Part shown: positions 54,546 through 64,000 of the stretch, one piece after another
Layout: every line of letters starts with the position of its first letter
Position numbering within the stretch: the stretch's first letter is position 1
Program-made: the position numbers and the translations under genes
Assembly (NCBI GenBank): GCA_038087875.1
Contig: CM075988.1
Location: 682,001 to 746,000, forward strand
Source: Malacoraja senta
Lineage: Eukaryota
Direction: 5' to 3'
DNA: 64,000 bases
Notes under the pieces: generated by a model
Seen by the model: only the letters and a program-made list of their open reading frames with translations
What the model was told of the DNA's origin: nothing
Databases searched by the model: none

Positions 54546-55267
54546 GAGAACAGTACAGCATAACATCAGGCCCTTCTCTCCGCATTGGCTGTGCCAAACA
54601 TTATGACAAAACCATCTCTTATCTACCTGGCATAAACCATATCCCTCCATTCCCTGCTCATCCATGTGCCTCCACAAACGTCTCTTAAATGCCACTATTG
54701 TAAAAGCCTCAGTTACCAACCCTGGCTGTGCATTCCAGGCACTCACCACCCCCACTCACCACCCCGCACATATTCCGGTAGAGATTTATCGCGTGAAATC
54801 AAAAATCGCCTTATCTGAAAAATTCATGCATTATTTCTTAAGTTATTAAGCAAAATGTTCACACATGCGATAAAATTTTGAAATCAAAAATCCTGTTTTT
54901 GGCTGATGATTGGCTAATGACGTCACAATGGATCTGCCTGCCTGCCGTCTGCTCACGCTGCGTGTGACATCACCCCCCCACCCCTCCTTCCACTCCCGGT
55001 TATTCAATAGTCGGCCCGTCGACTGAAGACCAAAGATCATAGCTGAAGACTGCGGCTGCCTTTGGTTGACGTTCGCCCACTCGCGCCTCGGATCGGGCCC
55101 TGTACCCGAGACCTCCCAAGAGTTTTGGACGACGCACGCTTGCCCCTCGGCTCGGGTTTCCAGAGAACTCCCGAAAGCTCCCGAGGGCTTTGGTCGCTGC
55201 ACGCTCGTGGGAACATAAGACGCAGAAAGAACGAGCAAGTCAGGCCCTGTACCAGAGAGATCCTGAG

Positions 55268-55760
55268 CTCCCCTCCCTCTCTCTCTCTCTCCCCCCCTCT
55301 GTCCCCCATCTCTCCCCCTCCCTCCCTCTCTCCCCCATCCCTCTCTCCCCCTCCCCATCTCTCTTCCCCCCTCTCTCCCCCTCTCTCTTCCCCCCCTCTC
55401 CCCACCCCTCTCCCCCTCTCCCCTCCCCCCACTCTCCTCCCCCCTCTCTCTCCCCTCTCCCTCCCCCTCCCCTCTCCCTCCCCCTCTCCCCCTCTCTCCT
55501 CCTCTCCCTCCCCCGCACTCTCCCCCTCTCCCCCCCTCTCTCCCTCCCCTCTCTCCTCCCTCTCTCCCCCTCCCCCTCTCTCTCGCCACCCCCTCTCCCC
55601 CCCTGTCTCCCATCCCCCTCTCCCGCCCTCTCCCTCTCCTGCCTCCCCCCCTCTCGCTCCCCCCTCTCTCTCATCTTCCCCTCTCTTCCCCCTTTTCTCT
55701 GCCCCTCTCTCTCTGCCTCTCTGTCTCTGCCCCTCTCTCTCAGTCTCTCTGCCCTCTCTT
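55268..55760. repeat. C/T-rich low-complexity tract
   Basis: Polypyrimidine (ctc/ccct) tract; G-rich on the minus strand. Confidence 0.95.
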
Positions 55761-56105
55761 TATACCTAAGCAGGCTTCATCAGGATGGTGGTCAATGAAG
55801 AGAGTGAGAACTGGTTGCCATACCGTATGTTTGATGGACTTTGGGCTACTATTGAACTGGTGGCCATACCTTTGGTTTGGTGGAATTTGGGGTACTGTGA
55901 TACTTTCTGCTAATCATTGCTCTGATGCTTGCTACCATTGTGTACCAACCAAGGACAAAAGGTACTAGATATAATGGTCCACTCCTGCAAAATCCAATGG
56001 ACTGACGTGTAGTACACAATGGAGCAGAACCTCGGCCATTTCAGTAAACCCGACCCAATTCCCGTTATGCCTCTCGCAGTGTAATCAATGTTGCGGGGGA
56101 ACAGT

Positions 56106-57042
56106 GTTAAAGAAGGAACTGCAGATGCTGGAAAATCGAAGGTACACAAAAGTGCTGGAGAAACTCAGCGGGTGCAGCAGCATCTATGGAGCGATGGAAA
56201 TAGGTAACGTTTCGGGCCAAAACCCTTCTTCAGACTGATAGGGGGTGGGGAGAAGAAAGGAAAAAAGGAAAAAAGGAAAAAGGCGGAGGAGGAGCCCGAG
56301 GGCTGGGGGAGGGGAGGAGACAACCAGATGGCTGATGAAGGGGAGGGGACAGCAAGGGCTAGCAGAATTGGGAGAATTCAATGTTCAAACCCGCAGGATG
56401 TAGACTGCCCAAGTTCAGGTTGGTTATTGCGGACCGACCGGAGGTGTTCGGCGAAACGATCGCCAAGCCTCCGCTTGGTCTCACCGATGTAGATCAGCTG
56501 GCGACAGAGGTGCGACAGAGGTTCACCTGCGTCTCCTCCAACCTCATCTATTGCATCCGCTGCTCTAGATGCCAGCTGATCTACATCGGTGAGACCAATC
56601 GATCGTTTCGCCGAACACCTCCGGTCGGTCCGCAATAACCAACCTGAACTCCCGGTGGCTCAGCACTTCAACTCCCCCTCCCATTCCGTATCTGACCTCT
56701 CTGTCCTGGGTCTCCTCCATGGCCACAGCGAGCAACACCGTAAATTGGAGGAAATGCACCTCATATTCCGCTTGGGCAGTCTACATCCTGCGGGTTTGAA
56801 CATTGAATTCTCCCAATTCTGCTAGCCCTTGCTGTCCCCTCCCCTTCATCAGCCATCTGGTTGTCTCCTCCCCTCCCCAGCCCTCGGGCTCCTCCTCCGC
56901 CTTTTTCCTTTTTTCCTTTTTTCCTTTCTTCTCCCCACCCCCTATCAGTCTGAAGAAGGGTTTCGGCCCGAAACGTTACCTATTTCCTTCGCTCCATAGA
57001 TGCTGCTGCACCTGCTGAGTTTCTCCAGCATTTTTGTGTACC
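56106..57042. mobile_element. Fold-back Penelope insertion (two 3' ends in inverted orientation)
   Basis: Minus-strand PLE 3' end (about 56109-56502) fused to a plus-strand PLE 3' end (about 56501-57042); 15-bp TSD ttgcgggggaacagt (56091-56105, 57043-57057); HHR motifs at 56202-56237 (-) and 56946-56981 (+). Confidence 0.92.
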
Positions 57043-59503
57043 TTGCGGGGGAACAGTTTGTGTTTGTGATATAGCTCATCTACCAAATTCACAATTCTGT
57101 TAATTTTCTTTTTAAATGTTTTTTTTAAAGTTATTTTTAAATGGCTCATGTCTTGTGGTTGAATTGATTTTTGTATTAAACTTGCACTCTGTAAGTCATC
57201 TAATCCCACTGTTCACAACTGCGTGAGTGGGTGCAGGATTTTCTGGAGCTCCTTTCTAATGGCAGTATTTTGTATGCTCAAAGTAAAATAAGGAAGACTA
57301 GACACGAATATCAAAATGATCACCTGCAGCTGAAAAAAAATGATGATTTGTGTGGTATTTGGTAAAATAATAGCAATATGAAGATTCCAGTTGCTCTACT
57401 TTTGGAGTGTTCCTTAATGTTTTTTTGTGTCTATGGAATTGTTTTGCAACAATAAAATGGGTTTGGTCTTCCCAATAGGCAGAGAGTGGAATGAGATCTG
57501 TCTGTAATAGTGGGGTTATCTAAATGAAGTATTTAACAAACTAAACTAACATTTGTTTTGAGCAAGATTAACAATTGATGTATAACTTAAGGCTGATTTT
57601 ATTCAGCGACCATACAACATTAGATTGTGTAGGAAAGAACTTTGATTTAAATCAAAGGTAGACACAAAATGCTGGAGTAGGACTGCTAATATATATATTT
57701 GTGACACATATGTACATAAATATATAACACACACATATATATTTCTCCAGTTTCTTGTGCTCTCCTCTAATTATTTGTTGAGCAACCTTTTTCTTTCTTT
57801 CGTTTCATTCATTCAACCTCTCTCTCTCTCTCTCTCTCTACCTCTATGAAATCCTAATATTGTGAATAAAATATCAATGAACACAAAGGCTGGAGGGACA
57901 GGATCAAGAGTTTGGTTCAGTCCAGGGGTCGGCAACCTTTTTTAAATAGGGGCCAGGACCCTCCGGGACTAGCTGCAGTTCCCAGGTCGCCTGCGAGCCC
58001 CTGGTCTAGCTGCAGTTCCGCTGTCCGGTACCGGCGGCCGTTCGCAGCCACCTGAGCTACTGAGTGAGTTGCTGGCATGATCCCCCGACCCCCTCATTCT
58101 CTCCCTGCAACTTTACCCCTGGCGGCCCAGCTGTGCTGATCCGGGCCAGACTCCCCACACGCTGTGGAAGAAACATAGGCACCTTTTTGCGTTTTATTAG
58201 GATTTATGGATCCTTTTAAATGTGAATATCTCATAATGACACATTTATGGGTTAGCAGTATTTTGCACCAATATTGCACCAACCCACTCAATTTTAAATA
58301 ATACAAAATCAAAATTCATAAACAAGGATAACACTTTTTATTTCTGTCATTCATGGCAGTTATTTGAAAAGGACTCCGTAGTTCGGTGTAGGAGATCTTG
58401 TTGACGAATATTCCGGACCCACTGTCAACATCTGAAAATACAAAAAATATCATATAGGATTAACATAACAAATTTGATTATAACTACATACCTGCAGAAT
58501 GGATGACATATCACTTAAATGCAATTGTGGTGGGGTGGGGAGAGACATGTTTAGTGAAGATGCATTTTTCCTCTAATATGTCAATTTATATTAAATGTAG
58601 CTTATTAAAATCTTCTTACACTAGCATGCATGCCTTACAACAAGAACAAAACTAAAAATGTACAGCATGTGCATAAATCCTTGTAGGAGGTGGGGCAGGT
58701 TGACACAGCAATTAATAAAACAATGGGATGTTAGACTTATTAACAGAGATTAATATAAAATTTTAAAAAATAATGTCTTATATAATATAATACATTGTTG
58801 GGATCATAAGAATAGAATTGTATATGGTTATATGTTATATGTATATGGTTACATCATCATACATTGGGAAGGAAGTTACTGCTTTAATGTGTGCTGCTCA
58901 TGGCATGTCGTTGTTCCCTTAGATATGGGAGCTGCACAAGTGCAACAGGGTCTATATGTTCAGCTGAATTTGTGTGAGATCACAGAGACGCAGAAAGAAA
59001 TTATGTGACAACCTTTGTCCTTCCACAACAAAACCCTCGTAAGAAAATGCTCTTGATGAGAAGATTTACGAGGATGTTGCCACGAGGACTCGACTATCAT
59101 AACCAAAGCGGAGCACTCCGCTCTATGATCTTTGATCTGAGCTATAGTGAGAGATCGGCAGGCTAAATAATATTTTCACTAGACGACAGAAATTTTTTCT
59201 CAACTTTCGTTTTTAATGGGGAACCTGAAGAAAGACTGGTCGGGTCGCCTACATTGGCGAATCAAGCAATTTATCGCTTGTAGATGTGGATGCCGTCATG
59301 ACGGAAGCCGGTTACGGGAATGGCACTGAAGATTACCCATCACCTACCACGACTTTTTCGCAGGGTGATTTTTGCCAAGGACTGTGAATGTTATCATGTA
59401 TGATAAAAAAGGAGGGAATGAAAGAGCTAATAGTCAAATCTAATATAGTTTACAAAATTACCTGGAACACAATATGGAGGACAGGTTGTCTTTTTAATAA
59501 AAA

Positions 59504-59750
59504 CTAGACCCGTTGGGTCCCGTCCCCGTTGGGTCCCGTCCCCGTTCGATGAGAAGAGGCCCTAGGATATTCCACTTATGAGGCCCCTCCCAATCCCCCA
59601 CCCCCACGACAAGAGGAATATGGAAGAGTCCACCAGATTGACACCGATGTGCAGCCGAGCGTGGCCAATGAGATAAGGGCTGGAAAGCTGCGCTTTTTAT
59701 TTACTGCCAGTGCTAGTGTCGAGTTATCGGCTTAAAACACTATTATTCTG
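59504..59750 (-). mobile_element. Possible Helitron 3' terminus / non-autonomous Helitron
   Basis: Minus strand ends ...GACCC AAC GGGTC TAG|T: a GC hairpin next to CTAG, followed by T. The 5' boundary is uncertain. Confidence 0.45.
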
Positions 59751-60292
59751 AAATGGAGGGCAATGAAAATTACTGAAGTGTTATTTAGAGACTACAGTGC
59801 GTTGTGACAACATATGTAAGAAAGGCCTATGACAGTCAAAAATATTATACACCAGGCCTGTACGAAGCTTTTCAAAAAGGGGGGTGGCATGGCAGGATTA
59901 CAATAATTTCATGTGTAATGAATGCACATATCACAAGCACGAAGCTCAAAGACCCTTGCGGCCGGGGTCCGGGGTTCTGGAAGCTCTGGGGTTTTAGATG
60001 CTCTCTGGTGCATTCTGAGCCTTATTTTGGAGCATTTTTGCACCGAATTTATGACCAATATTTCAGAAATAATTTTGGTTGAGTCAAGAGTAATGAATGG
60101 TTGGGATGGGATGATTGGGGTCATTGTTGTACACATTTTTTTAAATCAAGAATTGAAGCTGTCCTTGTTTTAATAATCAAGTTGTACTGTAAAATGTTAT
60201 GTAAAATGTTATAAAGCATGCAAACACTGCAAATAAAATACTGTAAGTTTTTGCAGTAAATAAAACTTTTTTTTAGAAAATGTTTTGTGTGT

Positions 60293-63200
60293 TACTAAGA
60301 GGAAGCAGCTGATTGGTGGAAGAGGACTAAGTGGAAGCAGCTGATTGGGAGTCAGATCCCTGCTGATTTCCTCCACCAGTTTGTATTGTATCCAGGGTAA
60401 GGGGGGAGAATGAGGGCCAGGGCAGTTTACTGTTCTGGATGTCAGATGTGGGAGGTCATGGAGTCTGATACCCCTCCCAGACGTCCACCTCTGTGTCAGG
60501 TGCGTCAAGATGGGGTTCCTAAGGGACCGTGTTAGGAACCTGGAGCAGCAGCTTGATGACCTCTGTCTGATCAGGGAGAGTGAGGAGGTCATAGAAAGGA
60601 GTTATAGGGAGGTGGCCACTCCAAGACCACGGGAGGCAGACAATTGGGTCATGATTAGGAGGGGCAAGGGGCAGAGGCAGGGACTAGAGAGTACCCCGGT
60701 GGCTGTACACCTTGAAAATAAGTACTCCTGTTTGAGTACTGTTGGGGGGGACAGCCTTCCTGGGGGTAGCGACAGCGGCTGGGCCTCCGGCACAGAGACC
60801 GGTCCTGTTGCTCAGAAGGGTAGGGAAAAGAAGAGGAGGGCAATAGTAATAGGGGACTCTGTGGTTAGGGGGTGTTAGGTGCTTCCCCCTCTGGTGAATG
60901 CTATGTACTTACCTTTCTCTGTTTCTTTCCCGAGTGCAGGCCTTGTGGCTGTGAGTCTGGAATCAAGGGGTTAAAAGGCTCCTGTACCCGATTGGCCAAG
61001 CTGCGTCAGGTGACGGGTGACTCATCTGAAGCTTAAATACCAGAGCTCCCAGGATTCTCTCTCTTCTTCGTCGACCCTGACTTGTGAGCTGACTGCTGGA
61101 GTGAGCTGCGGAAGGCCTGGCCACCTGGCATAGAACTTTGTGTACTTTCACCATTACTTATTAACAAATATTGAATTCGGACGGATAAGGGCTGACCTTA
61201 GTGTTTTCGTGTATTTTGTTTCACGGTTATATCTCTTTAGGCAGGTTTTAGAGTCTCCGGTTCGACGGTCCATCACGTGGCTGGCTGGAGCACTGTTAAA
61301 TTGTTTGTTAGTCCATCCATATCCCTGACTGGGTTGTTTGAATCAGGTTTGGGTTTTGTGTTCCATTGAATAATTAAAACTATTTTTGAACTTGAAGCTG
61401 GTTTTTGAATTATGTTACCTGAAGTACCTGCATTCGGGAGTCGTAACAGGGGGTCGGATAGGTGATTCTGTGGACGCAGTCAGGAGACCCGGATGGTAGT
61501 TTGCCTCCCTGGTGCCAGGGTCAGGGATGTGTCTGAACGCGTCCAAGATATCCTGAAATCGGAGGGAGAGGAGCCTGAGGTTGTGGTACATATAGGTACC
61601 AATGACATAGGCAGAAAAAGAGAAGAGGTCCTGAAAGGAGAATTTAGGGAGTTGGGAGGAGAGTTAAGGAGAAGGACCGCAAAAGTAACAATCTCAGGAA
61701 TACTACCTGTGCCACGCGACAGTGAGAGTAGGAATGGAGCGAGGTGGAGGATAAATGCGTGGCTGAGGAACAGGTGCAGCGGGCAGGGATTCAAATTTCT
61801 GGATCATTGGGACCTCTTTTGGGGAAGGTGTGACCTGTACAGAAAGGACGGGTTGCACTTGAACCCGAGGGGGACCAATATCCTGGCGGGGAGATTTGCA
61901 AAGGCTATTGGGGAGACTTTAAACTAGAACGGTTGGGGGGACGGACTCAAATAGAGAAAGCTAGTAGAAAATGTGGGAGGCAGGAGGCAGAGAAGGGAAG
62001 CACTCGGACCCAACATGTAGGGGAGAAAGAAGAAAAAGATATAAACAGATAATAAGTGGTGGTGGGTTTCTTAAATGTGTATATTTTAAAGCTAGGAGCA
62101 TTGTAAGAAAGGTGGATGAGCTTAGAGCCTGGATTGACACCAGGAAGTATGATGTTGTGGCGATCAGTGAAACATGGTTGCAGGAGGGCTGTGATTGGAA
62201 ACTAAATATTCGAGGATTTTGTTGCTTCAGGGGTGATAGAATTGGAGGGGCAAGAGGTGGGGGTGTTGCATTGCTTGTCAAGGAAGATATTACAGCAGTG
62301 CTTTGGCAGGATAGACTAGAGAGCTCGTCTAGGGAGGCTATTTGGGTGGAACTGAGAAATGGGAAAGGCGTAGCAACACATAGGGGTGTATTATAGACCG
62401 CCAAATGGGGAGCGAGAATTGGTAGAGCAGATATGTAAGGAGATAGCAGATGTTAGTAGTAAGCACAAGGTAGTGATTGTGGGAGATTTCAATTTTCCAA
62501 ACATAGACTGGGAAACACATTCTGTAAAAGGGCTGGATGGTTTGGAGTTTGTAAAATGTGTGCAGGATAGTTTTTTGCAGCAAAGGGGCAGTGCTGGACC
62601 TCCTGTTAGGAAATGAAACAGGTCAGGTGGCAGAGGTATGCGTCGGGGAGCACTTCGGGTCCAGTGATCACAATACCATTAGTTTCAATATAATTAGGGA
62701 GAGGGTCAGAACTGGACCTAGGTTTGAGATTTTTGATTGGAGAAAGGCTAACTTTGAGGAGATGCGAAAGGATTTAAAATGAGTGAATTGGGACACGTTG
62801 TTTTATGGGAAGGATGTAGAAGAGAAATGGAGGCCATTTAAGGGTGAAATTTTAAGAGTACAGAATCTTTATGTCCCTGTTCGGTTGAAAGGAAATAGTA
62901 AAAATTGGAAAGAGCCATGGTTTTCAAGGGAAATTGGACACTTGGTTCGGAAAAAGAGAGAGATCTACAATTATTATAGGCAGCATGGAGTAAATGAGGT
63001 GCTTGAAGAGTATAAAGAATGTAAAAAGAATATTAAGAAAGAAATTAGAAAAGCTAAAAGAAGATATGAGGTTGCTTTGGCAAGTAAGGTGAAAGTAAAT
63101 CCAAAGGGTTTCTACAGCTATATTAATAGCAAAAGGATAACAAGGAATAAAATTGGTCCATTAGAGAGTCAGAGTGGACAGCTATCTGCAGAGCCAAAAG

Positions 63201-64000
63201 AGATGGGGGAGATATTGAACAATTTCTTTTCTTCGGTATTCAACAAGGAGAAGGATATGGAATTATGTGAGGTAAGGGAAACAAGCAGAGTAGCAATGGA
63301 AACTATGAGATTCAAAGAAGAGGAGGTGCGGACACTTTTGAAAAATATGAAAACGGATAAGTCTCCAGGTCCTGACAGGATATTCCCTAGGACATTGAGG
63401 GAAGTTAGTGTAGAAATAGCAGGGGCTATGACAGAAATATTTCAAATGTCATTAGAAACGGGAATAGTGCCGGAGGATTGGCGTACTGCGCTTGTTGTTC
63501 CGTTGTTTAAAAAGGGTTCTAAGAGTAAACCTAGCAATTATAGACCTGTTAGTTTGACGTCAGTGGTGGGCAAATTAATGGAAAGGATACTTAAAGCCTG
63601 GAAGGTCATGTTTGACTAATCTTCTTGAATTTTTCGAAGAGGTTAATAGGGAAATTGATGAGGGTAAGATTCAACTGTTGGGTATTAATGGTGGAGTAGC
63701 AAGATGGATTCAACAGTGGCTGAATGGGAGATGCCAGAGAGTAATGGTGGATGGCTGTTTGTCAGGTTGGAGGCCGGTGACTAGTGGGGTGCCTCAGGGG
63801 TCTGTGTTGGGTCCACTGTTGTTTGTCATGTACATCAATGAACTGGATGATGGTGTGGAAAATTGGATTAGTAAGTATGCAGATGATACTAAGATAGGTG
63901 ATGTTGTGGATAATGAAGTAGATTTTCAAAGTCTACAGAGAGATTTAGGCCATTTGGAAGAGTGGGCTGAAAGATGGCAGATGGAGTTTAATGCTGATAA
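60293..64000 (+). mobile_element. Near full-length CR1 (5' UTR, zinc-finger/leucine-zipper/SGNH-esterase ORF1, ORF2), running off the window
   Basis: ORF1 ATG at 60410: CSGCQMW..C.RC, coiled coil, IVIGDS, VVHIGTND, DGLHLN. ORF2 has APE motifs (ISETW, GDFN, SDH) and RT, with frameshifts and deletions. Tandem gaagcagctgattgg motifs in the 5' UTR. Confidence 0.95.
60873..61448 (+). mobile_element. Solo LTR (576 bp) inserted in CR1 ORF1
   Basis: TGTTA...TAACA termini; 5-bp TSD GGGGG (60868-60872, 61449-61453); removing it restores V-R-G-S-D in ORF1; ATTAAA near 61374. Orientation is tentative. Confidence 0.9.

Noticed and set aside
54846..55798. Gly/Arg/Glu- and Pro/Ser/Leu-rich ORFs of 200-255 aa
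   Set aside because: Low-complexity polypyrimidine tract with no domain signal.
59229..59387. KTGRVAYIGESSNL, a GIY-YIG-like peptide
   Set aside because: Short frame with no GIY half and no downstream conserved Arg/Glu; probably chance.

Overview
Repeat-rich vertebrate genomic DNA, most likely from a cartilaginous fish (skate/ray-like; inferred from the CR1/V-SINE/Penelope repertoire, not directly shown). One host gene is visible: a strongly diverged ZNF385A-like (Hzf) matrin-type triple zinc-finger gene on the minus strand. Seven coding exons (45373 to 4699) splice in phase into 283 open codons; the terminal exon was not found in the window. Most of the rest is nested mobile DNA: many CR1 LINEs (one near full length, with ORF1 split by a solo LTR), a Rex1/Babar LINE, L2 tails, V-SINEs, PIF/Harbinger-type MITEs, a hAT-like non-autonomous element, an 8.8-kb internally deleted Academ-type transposon with an intron-containing transposase remnant, and young Penelope-like elements (PLEs). 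The most unusual theme is a PLE-derived minimal hammerhead-ribozyme (HHR) module. It occurs as solo units, as head-to-head palindromic dimers, as a TSD-flanked fold-back PLE, and as cargo captured and spread by a Harbinger-type MITE. A 200-nt assembly gap lies at 53383-53582. Boundaries of old repeats are approximate.
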